This document shows, one piece after another, positions 49,769-61,434 of a stretch of 64,000 nt of DNA. The position numbers and the translations under genes were made by a program. The DNA comes from Bilabrum cf. latius (lineage: Eukaryota): positions 372,001 through 436,000 of the forward strand of contig OZ237758.1 in NCBI GenBank assembly GCA_965178125.1, given 5' to 3'. Under the pieces are notes generated by a model. The model ran no database searches. It saw only the letters and a list, made by a program, of their open reading frames with translations, and had not been told where the DNA came from. Each line of letters opens with the position of its first letter. Positions within the stretch are counted from its first letter, which is position 1.

Positions 49769-51910
49769 ATGGTATCCCTGTTCGACAGCCGCAGGCGGGA
49801 CGTTGAATGCCAGAAGACGGATGTCGCGGCCTTTGTCCGAGAGATGCTCCAAATCAGACAAGAACCAAGCCAAGTCACTGAATTGCGCGTATCGGGCGAC
49901 CTTTCTTCAAAGCCTGCCATGACTGCAGTTGTGGACCTGCTGGGCGCAAGCACCACCATGACCGGGCTACACCTGGATGGTACCTGCATCGGGACTGCAG
50001 GTGCGCATCAGATTGCAGCGAGCTTCACCGAGCTAGGAGATCGCCAGGCCCCGCTTCAATACCTGATCATGTCGCAGAATGCGAGGATCGATACGCCTGG
50101 CATTGTGGCGCTGGCACGGGCTGCCGCCTCCCATCCGACACTCGCAAGACTCAGCCTCTCTGACTGCAGAGTCGGAAACGAGGGCGCGAAAGCTCTTGCG
50201 CAAGCTTTGACAAGCTCCACTTCGCTGGTGTTGCTGGTGTTGCAGAAGTGCGGGATTCGCCGAAGTGGAGCCCTAGCTCTTGCAGCCAGCGTTGTGCAGA
50301 AGCCCGTGCAGTTTATCAACCTGTCCATGAACCCTATCGGCGACGATGCAGCTGCCGCTCTATTGGATGCGATCAGCACTTGCCCGGCTGTAGAGAGGGT
50401 AGTCTTGGATTTCGTGCATGGCGGCGACAAGATGGCAGTGTCGCTGGCACGGTGCTTGGGGCCGGACAGCAAGTGCAGGTTGAAAACAGTCAGCATCGAG
50501 AACAACAGCATCGGGCCTACTGGGATCGATGCGCTGTCCCACGCCATTGCTCGCAGTGACAGATTGTCAATCTTCGATTGCATGTGCGTCGTCCGAACCC
50601 TGCAGTCGTACAAGCAGCTGGAGGCCGCTGTGCAGGCCGTGAGACAGCGGCGGCAGCTGGTCGCAAAGACGACCTTCTTGCCAGACCAGGACGATAGATA
50701 CACTCGGAACGAGCTTGAGGGCTTCTCTTCCTGGCGCCAGCGGGCCATGGTGCTGCACCGGCGGGCACATGAGGCCAAGAGGGACGCCGGGCGGATGGGG
50801 CGGGCCGCGAAGGAGGGGAGGCCCCTGGAGCTGGGGAAGCGGGCGCGGCTGGGTGTGCTGGGCGGGGGTCTGGAGGTGATGGTGGGGGTGTGCGCGGACT
50901 GGTCGATGCAGAGTCGGCTGGGCGTGGCAGGGAGCGAGGTGCTGCAGTGCGATGCATTGTGCGCTGCCTGCTTGGGCGGCCACGCTGACTGTGTGGGAGT
51001 GCTGCTGGATGCAATGGATGGGGCATGTGGCATGCTCGGGGCATTGCGGGAGGGGGCGTGGGCGAGGATGGGCGGGGCAGGGGCTTTGTCAGGCTTCAGC
51101 TGCGTGGGCCTGTGCGCGAGGCTGGTGGGTGTGGATGGGTATGAGGGTGTGTGCTTGCGAGTGGGGGCTTGGGTGGGCAGAGTGCGCGGGTAGCTGGATG
51201 GGCTTGCGGGTGCCTGTGTGGGCGTGTGCGATCGTGCGGTGCAGCTGGAGCGGAGGAGGGACAGGCGTCGGGAGGCGATGGGGGCGGACGCGGCTGCCAA
51301 GGAGCAGGCGGAGCTTGACAAGCTCGAGACTGAGACAGCCGCGCATATGAAGGAGGGGGACGATGCGGTGGAGCTGTGGCAGACTATATGCAGCGGTTGC
51401 GACTACTGGTACTACAAGTGGGAGTAGGTCTTTAGTACGTATTGGGAATGGTCCGATCTGCAGGGCAAGCGGCTGCGTGCAGAGCAGGCCGAGGAAGGGG
51501 CGGACGAGGCCGTGCGTGAGGCGGTGCGTGTGTGGGAGGGCGTGCGGGGGGGGCTGGAGGGACTGAAGCGGGTGCTGGCGAGGCAGCGGGGCTCGGGTGC
51601 TGGGGGAGCAGTGGGATCGGCTGAGAGCGCTGTGGGGCTGGCCGAGTTGGTGCTGGGGAGGGGGAAGGGGGCTGGGCTGCTGGGTTGTGCGATGGAGGGG
51701 GTGGGGCGGCATGTGTCGGGCGAGGCGGTAGACTGGGGCCGCGTGTGGGATGAGGCCAAGGTGGACAGGTGGGCGGTGGGGGTGGATTCAGATGTGCAGG
51801 GGGTGGTGCGAGAGGTGATGGGTGGGATCAAGGCGGAGGGGGGAGGGCAGGACGATGGAAGCGATGAGAGCGATGGGGAGACGGGCTCTGAGCACAGTAC
51901 AAATAGCTGA
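49769..51910 (+). CDS. RI-type LRR protein A, copy 7
   Basis: Intact paralogue, two in-frame TAG, TGA stop. Confidence 0.85.
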
Positions 51911-52075
51911 ACATACCACAGGTCGAGAACCAGTATACCCCAAAAGGATTAAGCCTGGTGCCCTGTCTCGCTCTACGCATTTGATCCCAGCGGTTGCGGC
52001 GTTCCAGAGTCTGGGTTCTAGTATCACGCAGAGCAGATGGGGAACACAGCTCATGCTCCACACGCATCTCCCCGC

Positions 52076-53482
52076 TCAGGCCGATCTGCCCTCCTCGACC
52101 TGCATCACCAGCTAGCAGCGTGGTCCCACCCCGTCGATGCAGTCGCTCTTCCTACCCCTCAGCCAGGCCATGTCGCGGTTCCGCCTCTCCGCAAAATGCA
52201 GCAGGCTCACGCCCGTATCCATGCCTCCGCCTGCGCTCATTTGATCGCCTGACGCGGCCTCCCCATCCTTTGGTGCCTGTTGGCTCTCGGTTTTAACTGG
52301 GCCCTCGCTATCACTGGCCCCCTCTTCCTTGCCGATCGCGGCCTCTTTTCCCCCACTGCCAGAGCCAGGGGCGGCCTCCCTTTCTTCCATGGCCCTCGCT
52401 CCCCCTTGTGCTGCCCCGCCATCTTCGCCCGCGCCGGTCCCGCGTCTTGCCAAACGTGCAGGATTACCATTCAGTATCCCCTCAAGTGAGGACCATGTTC
52501 TCCCCTTATCGGACGCCAGTGGGTACATGCATGTCAGAGGCTCGCCCTCTGGATGCCACAAGCCAATCTCCACGAAGCACTGCTTGGGGAACGTAGATCT
52601 AGCAAGCGGGGTAAATAAAGCAGAGTCAGGAGGGCACGCTTGTATACCCAAAACTGCATTCACACCGTTAGTCACATCGATTGCTATTTTCTGCAATTCT
52701 TGAATCTGCCCAGAGCCATCCTCCAGCGGATCAGCTTTCCGGCCTGCTGCCGGTGGCATGACGAACTACTCACGAACTCCACTTTCCTCACTGGCAGCCC
52801 GCCATGGATACCCTGCCTCGTGTCGATCTTTGGGTCTGCCCATTTTGAGCAATTTGCCCAGTGGCACGGCATGTTTCAGACCGACACGCTTGTTGTAGGA
52901 TCTGACCTTGTCTAAGAACTTCTTGTAGGCTTTCGTTTCGCCCCTGACTAGCAGTGCATGATATGATGACTCAAGGTTTGCAATTGTCTTTGGTTTTGAG
53001 CCCGCTGTTCCTATTCCTGGTGACAAATCAACGTAGAGAGTTGCAGACAGTGGTTGCATCCAGATTTCCAGCAGCTCGCAGTCTGGACCAGGCAGAGTCA
53101 ATGAGAAATCTTGCACTATTTCATCGGCACGTCTCATCACTCCCGAATGCGCGTACTCCGCTACGATTTGAGACCCCGGCAAACACGAATATGCTAGCTC
53201 TCCACCAGAATCAGCGCCAGGCTTTCCTGATCGCTTTTCCTTCAGCTATTGTTGGCACTTTAAGGTCACTCTGTCGAATTTCTCGTCTTTGCCCACCTTC
53301 AGAGTGTAAGTCCAGTGTATGCCATCACCACTGCCAGCCGGTCCCGGACGTCGTGTTTTGATAACAAGAAGATACTTGTATACCACGCCGGAGAAGGTCA
53401 ATGCATTGGCCCCGTTGTGCCAAAAATGGCAATTCACAATCAAGAAACAGAATAAAAACGCGGTGCGCAGGGCAACCTACAT
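52076..53482 (-). CDS. Partner protein B, copy 3 (468 codons; 1 repeat)
   Basis: ORFs 53246-53443, 52766-53182 and 52112-52759 are joined by TAG. ATG at 53482, TGA at 52076. Confidence 0.75.
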
Positions 53483-53638
53483 CTGATTGGAAACTGAATT
53501 GTGCACTACCTGCCAGTGGTGTTGGTGGCGGTGCGTCCCCCAAGTGGGGTCCCCCAAGACCTCTGGTCCCCAATCAACATTTCGGCCAGAACACTCACCA
53601 AGTATGTTGATTTTGTTTCCGTCCAGATTGGTGTCATA

Positions 53639-55786
53639 ATGGTATCCCTGTTCGACAGCCGCAGGCGGGACGTTGAATGCCAGAAGACGGATGTCGCGGC
53701 CTTTGTCCGAGAGATGCTCCAAATCAGACAAGAACCAAGCCAAGTCACTGAATTGCGCGTATCGGGCGATCTTTCTTCAGAGCCTGCCATGACTGCAGTT
53801 GTGGACCTGCTGGGCGCAAGCACCACCGTGACCGGGCTACACCTGGATGGTACCTGCATCGGGACTGCAGGTGCGCATCAGATTGCAGCGAGCTTTGCCG
53901 AGCTAGGAGATCGCCAGGCCCCGCTTCAATACCTGATCATGTCGCAGAATGCGAGGATCGATACGCCTGGCATTGTGGCGCTGGCACGGGCAGCCGCCTC
54001 CCATCCGACACTCGCAAGTCTCAGCCTCTCTGACTGCAGAGTCGGAAACGAGGGCGCGAAAGCTCTTGCGCAAGCTTTGACAAGCTCCACTTCGCTGGTG
54101 TCGCTGGTGTTGCAGAAGTGCGGGATCCGCCGAAGTGGAGCCCTGGCTCTTGCAGCCAGCGTTGTGCAGAAGCCCGTGCAGTTTATCAACCTGTCCATGA
54201 ACCCTATCGGCGACGATGCAGCTGCCGCTCTATTGGATGCGATCAGCACTTGCCCGGCTGTAGATGTGGTAGTCTTGGATTGCGTGCGTGGCGGCGACAA
54301 GATGGCCGTGTCGCTGGCACGGTGCTTGGGGCCGGACAGCAAGTGCAGGTTGGACACAGTCATCATCGAGAACAACAGTATCGGGCCTACTGGGGTCGAT
54401 GCACTGTCCCACGCCATTGCTCGCAGTGACAGATTGTCACTCTTCGATTGCATGTGCGTCGTCCGAACCCTGCAGTCGTACAAGCAGCTGGAGGCCGCTG
54501 TGCAGGCCGTGAGACAGCGGCGGCAGCTGGTCGCGAGGACGACCTTCTTGCCAGACCAGGACGATAGATACACTCGGAACGAGCTTGAGGGCTTCTCTTC
54601 CTGGCGCCAGCGGGCCATGGTGCTGCACCGGCGGGCACACGAGGCTAAGAGGGACGCCGGGCGGATGGGGCGGGCCGCGAAGGACGGGAGGCCTCTGGAG
54701 CTGGGGAAGCGGGCGCGGCTGGGTGTGCTGGGCGGGGGTCTGGAGGTGATGGTGGGGGTGTGCGCGGACTGGTCGATGCAGAGTCGGCTGGGCGTGGCAG
54801 GGAGCGAGGTGCTGCAGTGCGATGCATTGTGCGCTGCCTGCTTGGGCGGCCACGCTGACTGTGTGGGAGTGCTGCTGGATGCAATGGATGGGGCATGTGG
54901 CATGCTCGGGGCATTGCGGGAGGGGGCGTGGGCGAGGATGGGCGGGGCAGGGGCTTTGTCAGGCTTCAGCTGCGTGGGCCTGTGCGCGAGGCTGGTGGGT
55001 GTGGATGGGTATGAGGGTGTGTGCTCGCGAGTGGGGGCTTGGGTGGGCAGAGTGCGCGGGTAGCTGGATGGGCTTGCGGATGCCTGTGTGGGCGTGTGCG
55101 ATCGTGCGGTGCAGCTGGAGCGGAGGAGGGACAGGCGTCGGGAGGCGATGGGGGCGGACGCGGCTGCCAAGGAGCAGGCGGAGCTTGACAAGCTCGAGAC
55201 TGAGACAGCCGCGCATATGAAGGAGGGGGACGATGCGGTGGAGCTGTGGCAGACTATATGCAGCGGTTGCGACTACTGGTACTACAAGTGGGAGTAGGTC
55301 TTTAGTACGTATTGGGAATGGTCCGATCTGCAGGGCAAGCGGCTGCGTGCAGAGCAGGCCGAGGAAGGGGCGGACGAGGCCGTGCGTGAGGCGGTGCGTG
55401 TGTGGGAGGGCGTGCGGGGGGGGCTGGAGGGACTGAAGCGGGTGCTGGCGAGGCAGCGGGGCTCGGGTGCTGGGGGAGCAGTGGGATCGGCTGAGAGCGC
55501 TGTGGGGCTGGCCGAGTTGGCGCTGGGGAGGGGGGAGGGGGCTGGGCTGCTGGGTTGTGCGATGGAGGGGGTGGGGCGGCATGTGTCGGGCGAGGCGGTA
55601 GACTGGGGCCGCGTGTGGGATGAGGCCAAGGTGGACAGGTGGGCGGTGGGGGTGGGGGTGGATTCAGATGTGCAGGGGGTGGTGCGAGAGGTGATGGGTG
55701 GGATCAAGGCGGAGGGGGGAGGGCAGGACGATGGAAGCGATGAGAGCGATGGGGAGACGGGCTCCGAGCACAGTACAAATAGCTGA
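53639..55786 (+). CDS. RI-type LRR protein A, copy 8
   Basis: Intact paralogue, two in-frame TAG, TGA stop. Confidence 0.85.
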
Positions 55787-55951
55787 ACATACCACAGGTC
55801 GAGAACCAGTATACCCCAGATGGATTCAGCCTGGTGCCCTGTCTCGCTCTACGCATTTGATCCCAGCGGTTGCGGCGTTCCAGAGTCTGGGTTCTAGTAT
55901 CACGCAGAGCGGAGGGAACACACAGCTCATGCTCCACACGCATCTCCCCGC

Positions 55952-56266
55952 TCAGGCCGACCTGCCCTCCTCGACCTGCATCACCAGCTAGCAGCGTGGT
56001 CCCACCCCGTCGATGCAGTCGCTCTTCCTACCTCTCAGCCAGGCCATGTCGCGGTTCCGCCTCTCCGCAAAATGCAGCAGGCTCACGCCCGTATCCATGC
56101 CTCCGCCTGGGCTCATTTGATCGCCTGACGCGGCCTCCCCATCCTGTGGTGCCTGTTGGCTCTCGGTTTTAAATGGGCCCTCGCTATCACTGGCCCCCTC
56201 TTCCTTGCCGATCGCGGCCTCTTTTTCCCCACTGCCAGAGCCAGGGGTGGCCTCCCCTACTTCCAT
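55952..56266 (-). other. 5'-truncated partner gene B
   Basis: Same breakpoint as the other short units. Confidence 0.7.
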
Positions 56267-56388
56267 GGATATCGGTGGCTGTGCGTCCCCCAAGTGGGGT
56301 CCCCCAAGACCTCTGGTCCCCAATCAACATTTCGGCCAGAACACTCACCAAGTATGTTGATTTTGTTTCCGTCTGGATCGGTGTCATA

Positions 56389-58530
56389 ATGGTATCCCTG
56401 TTCGACAGCCGCAGGCGGGACGTTGAATGCCAGAAGACGGATGTCGCGGCCTTTGTCCGAGAGATGCTCCAAATCAGACAAGAACCAAGCCAAGTCACTG
56501 AATTGCGCGTATCGGGCGATCTTTCTTCAAAGCCTGCCATGACTGCAGTTGTGGACCTGCTGGGCGCAAGCACCACCGTGACCGGGCTACACCTGGATGG
56601 TACCTGCATCGGGACTGCAGGTGCGCATCAGATTGCAGCGAGCTTTGCCGAGCTAGGAGATCGCCAGGCCCCGCTTCAATACCTGATCATGTCGCAGAAT
56701 GCGAGGATCGATACGCCTGGCATTGTGGCGCTGGCACGAGCAGCCGCCTCCCATCCGACACTCGCAAGACTCAGCCTCTCTGACTGCAGAGTCGGAAACG
56801 AGGGCGCGAAAGCTCTTGCGCAAGCATTGACAAGCTCCACTTCGCTGGTGTCGCTGGTGTTGCAGAAGTGCGGGATCCGCCGAAGTGGAGCCCTGGCTCT
56901 TGCAGCCAGCGTTGTGCAGAAGCCCGTCCAGTTTATCAACCTGTCCATGAACCCTATCGGCGACGATGCAGCTGCCGCTCTATTGGATGCGATCAGCACT
57001 TGCCCGGCTGTAGATGTGGTAGCCTTGCGTTGCGTACGTGGCGGCGACAAGATGGCCGTGTCGCTGGCACGGTGCTTGGGGCCGGACAGCAAGTGCAGGT
57101 TGGACACAGTCGTCATCGAGAACAACAGCATCGGGCCTACTGGGATCGATGCACTGTCCCACGCCATTGCTCGCAGCGACAGATTGTCAATCTTCGATTG
57201 CATGTGCGTCGTCCGAACCCTGCAGTCGTACAAGCAGCTGGAGGCCGCTGTGCAGGCCGTGAGACAGCGGCGGCAGCTGGTCGCAAAGACGACCTTCTTG
57301 CCAGACCAGGACGATAGATACACTCGGAACGAGCTTGAGGGCTTCTCTTCCTGGCGCCAGCGGGCCATGGTGCTGCACCGGCGGGCACATGAGGCCAAGA
57401 GGGACGCCGGGCGGATGGGGCGGGCCGCGAAGGAGGGGAGGCCTCTGGAGCTGGGGAAGCGGGCGCGGCTGGGTGTGCTGGGCGGGGGTCTGGACATGAT
57501 GGTGGGGGTGTGCGCGGACTGGTCGATACAGAGTCGGCTGGGCGTGGCAGGGAGCGAGGTGCTGCAGTGCGATGCACTGTGCGCTGCCTGCTTGGGCGGC
57601 CACGCTGACTGTGTGGGAGTGCTGCTGGATGCAATGGATGGGGCATGTGGCATGCTCGGGGCATTGCGGGAGGGGGCATGGGCGAGGATGGGCGGGGCAG
57701 GGGCTTTGTCAGGCTTCAGCTGCGTGGGCCTGTGCGCGAGGCTGGTGGGTGTGGATGGGTATGAGGGTGTGTGCTTGCGAGTGGGGGCTTGGATGGGCAG
57801 AGTGCGCGGGTAGCTGGATGGGCTTGCGGGTGCCTGTGTGGGCGTGTGCGATCGTGCGGTGCAGCTGGAGCGGAGGAGGGACAGGCGTCGGGAGGCGATG
57901 GGGGCGGACGCGGCTGCCAAGGAGCAGGCGGAGCTTGACAAGCTCGAGACTGAGACAGCCGCGCATATGAAGGAGGGGGACGATGCGGTGGAGCTGTGGC
58001 AGACTATATGCAGCGGTTGCGACTACTGGTACTACAAGTGGGAGTAGGTCTTTAGTACGTATTGGGAATGGTCCGATCTGCAGGGCAAGCGGCTGCGTGC
58101 AGAGCAGGCCGAGGAAGGGGCGGACGAGGCCGTGCGTGAGGCGGTGCGTGTGTGGGAGGGCGTGCGGGGGGGGCTGGAGGGACTGAAGCGGGTGCTGGCG
58201 AGGCAGCGGGGCTCGGGTGCTGGGGGAGCAGTGGGTTCGGCTGAGAGCGCTGTGGGGCTGGCCGAGTTGGCGCTGGGGAGGGGGAAGGGGGCTGGGCTGC
58301 TGGGTTGTGCAATGGAAGGGGTGGGGCGGCATGTGTCGGGCGAGGCGGTAGACTGGGGCCGCGTGTGGGATGAGGCCAAGGTGGACAGGTGGGCGGTGGG
58401 GGTGGATTCAGATGTGCAGGGGGTGGTGCGAGAGGTGATGGGTGGGATCAAGGCGGAGGGGGGAGGGCAGGACAATGGAAGCGATGAGAGCGATGGGGAG
58501 ACGGGCTCTGAGCACAGTACAGATAGCTGA
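56389..58530 (+). CDS. RI-type LRR protein A, copy 9
   Basis: Intact paralogue, two in-frame TAG, TGA stop. Confidence 0.85.
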
Positions 58531-58698
58531 ACATACCACAGGTCGAGAACCAGGATACCCCAAAAGGATTAAGCCTGGTGCCCTGTCTCGCTCTACGCAT
58601 TTGATCCTAGCTGTTGCGGCGTTCCAGAGTCTGGGTTCTAGTATCACGCAGAGCGGATGGGGGAACACACAGCTCATGCTCCACACGCATCTCCCCGC

Positions 58699-59013
58699 TC
58701 AAGCCGACCTGCCCTCCTCGACCTGCATCACCAGCTAGCAGCGTGGTCCCACCCCGTCGATGCAGCCGCTCTTCCTACCTCTCAGCCAGGCCATGTCGCG
58801 GTTCCGCCTCTCCGCAAAATGCAGCAGGCTCACGCCCGTATCCATGCCTCCGCCTGGGCTCATTTGATCGCCTGACGCGGCCTCCCCATCCTGTGGTGCC
58901 TGTTGGCTCTCGGTTTTAACTGGGCCCTCGCTATCACTGGCCCCCTCTTCCTTGCCGATCGCGGCCTCTTTTTCCCCACTGCCAGAGCCAGGGGTGGCCT
59001 CCCTTACTTCCAT
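58699..59013 (-). other. 5'-truncated partner gene B
   Basis: Same breakpoint as the other short units. Confidence 0.7.
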
Positions 59014-59135
59014 GGATATCGGTGGCTGTGCGTCCCCCAAGTGGGGTCCCCCAAGACCTCTGGTCCCCAATCAACATTTCGGCCAGAACACTCACCAAGT
59101 ATGTTGATTTTGTTTCCGTCTGGATTGGAGTCATA

Positions 59136-61283
59136 ATGGTATCCCTGTTCGACAGCCGCAGGCGGGACGTTGAATGCCAGAAGACGGATGTCGCGGCCTT
59201 TGTCCGAGAGATGCTCCAAATCAGACAAGAACCAAGCCAAGTCACTGAATTGCGCGTATCGGGCGATCTTTCTTCAGAGCCTGCCATGACTGCAGTTGTG
59301 GACCTGCTGGGCGCAAGCACCACCGTGACCGGGCTACACCTGGATGGTACCTGCATCGGGACTGCAGGTGCGCATCAGATTGCAGCGAGCTTTGCCGAGC
59401 TAGGAGATCGCCAGGCCCCGCTTCAATACCTGATCATGTCGCAGAATGCGAGGATCGATACGCCTGGCATTGTGGCGCTGGCACGAGCAGCCGCCTCCCA
59501 TCCGACACTCGCAAGTCTCTACCTCTGTGACTGCAGAGTCGGAAACGAGGGCGCGAAAGCTCTTGCGCAAGCATTGACAAGCTCCACTTCGCTGGTGTCG
59601 CTGGTGTTGCAGAAGTGCGGGATCCGCCGAAGTGGAGCCCTGGCTCTTGCAGCCAGCGTTGTGCAGAAGCCCGTCCAGTTTATCAACCTGTCCATGAACC
59701 CTATCGGCGACGATGCAGCTGCCGCTCTATTGGATGCGATCAGCACTTGCCCGGCTGTAGATGTGGTAGCCTTGCGTTGCGTACGTGGCGGCGACAAGAT
59801 GGCCGTGTCGCTGGCACGGTGCTTGGGGCCGGACAGCAAGTGCAGGTTGAAAACAGTCAGCATCGAGAACAACTGCATCGGGCCTACTGGGATCGATGCA
59901 CTGTCCCACGCCATTGCTCGCAGCGACAGATTGTCGCGCCTCTATGGCATGTGCGTCGTCCGAACCCTGCAGTCGTACAAGCAGCTGGAGGCCGCTGTGC
60001 AGGCCGTGAGACAGCGGCGGCAGCTGGTCGCAAAGACGACCTTCTTGCCAGACCAGGACGATAGATACACTCGGAACGAGCTTGAGGGCTTCTCTTCCTG
60101 GCGCCAGCGGGCCATGGTGCTGCATCGGCGGGCACACGAGGCCAAGAGGGACGCCGGGCGGATGGGGCGGGCCGCGAAGGAGGGGAGGCCCCTGGAGCTG
60201 GGGAAGCGGGCGCGGCTGGGTGTGCTGGGCGGGGGTCTGGAGGTGATGGTGGGGGTGTGCGCGGACTGGTCGATGCAGAGTCGGCTGGGCGTGGCAGGGA
60301 GCGAGGTGCTGCAGTGCGATGCACTGTGCGCTGCCTGCTTGGGCGGCCACGCTGACTGTGTGGGAGTGCTGCTTGATGCAATGGATGGGGCATGCGGCAT
60401 GCTCGGGGCATTGCGGGAGGGGGCATGGGCGAGGATGGGCGGGGCAGGGGCTTTGTCAGGCTTCAGCTGCGTGGGCCTGTGCGCGAGGCTGGTGGGTGTG
60501 GATGGGTATGAGGATGTGTGCTTGCGAGTGGGGGCTTGGGTGGGCAGAGTGCGCGGGTAGCTGGATGGTCTTGCGGATGCCTGTGTGGGCGTGTGCGATC
60601 GTGCGGTGCAGCTGGAGCGGAGGAGGGACAGGCGTCGGGAGGCGATGGGGGCGGACGCGGCTGCCAAGGAGCAGGCGGAGCTTGACAAGCTCGAGACTGA
60701 GACAGCCGCGCATATGAAGGAGGGGGACGATGCGGTGGAGCTGTGGCAGACTATATGCAGCGGTTGCGACTACTGGTACTACAAGTGGGAGTAGGTCTTT
60801 AGTACGTATTGGGAATGGTCCGATCTGCAGGGCAAGCGGCTGCGTGCAGAGCAGGCCGAGGAAGGGGCGGACGAGGCCGTGCGTGAGGCGGTGCGTGTGT
60901 GGGAGGGCGTGCGGGGGGGGCTGGAGGGACTGAAGCGGGTGCTGGCGAGGCAGCGGGGCTCGGGTGCTGGGGGAGCAGTGGGATCGGCTGAGAGCGCTGT
61001 GGGGCTGGCCGAGTTGGCGCTGGGGAGGGGGAAGGGGGCTGGGCTGCTGGGTTGTGCGATGGAGGGGGTGGGGCGGCATGTGTCGGGCGAGGCGGTAGAC
61101 TGGGGCCGCGTGTGGGATGAGGCCAAGGTGGACAGGTGGGCGGTGGGGGTGGGGGTGGATTCAGATGTGCAGGGGGTGGTGCGAGAGGTGATGGGTGGGA
61201 TCAAGGCGGAGGGGGGAGGGCAGGACAATGGAAGCGATGAGAGCGATGGGGAGACGGGCTCCGAGCACAGTACAGATAGTTGA
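59136..61283 (+). CDS. RI-type LRR protein A, copy 10 (last in array, unique 3' flank)
   Basis: Intact paralogue, two in-frame TAG, TGA stop. Sequence after 61283 no longer matches the array spacer. Confidence 0.85.
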
Positions 61284-61434
61284 GCATAATTTTCATGGAT
61301 CAAGATGGTTGAATGTTATGATAACCTTATTTCTTCTCCGGTTCATGATCTCGGTGGTGAGGCCGAAAGAAACTGGATTCCGAATCGATGGCACAGGAAC
61401 TATGAAAAAGACCATTATAAAAGCAGTGATAGAA

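Larger units (their letters stand above)
30555..61283. repeat. Tandem gene array: 10 LRR genes, 3 full partner genes, 6 truncated partner genes (units ~2.75 kb and ~3.9-4.3 kb)
   Basis: atggtatccctgttcgacagccgc recurs at 30555, 34832, 38774, 41521, 44267, 47020, 49769, 53639, 56389 and 59136. Confidence 0.95.

Noticed and set aside
30555-61283. Diversity-generating retroelement as the source of LRR variation
   Set aside because: No reverse transcriptase or template repeat was seen, and the changes are not confined to adenines. Shared alleles point to recombination.
31146-61303. Long Pro/Ser/His-rich antisense ORFs (e.g. 39061-40326, 44554-45819, 61195-62055) and 5'-extended LRR starts
   Set aside because: These are shadow ORFs of GC-rich coding strands. 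The extensions mostly use non-ATG starts, differ between copies and are absent in copy 1, so MVSLF is the shared start.
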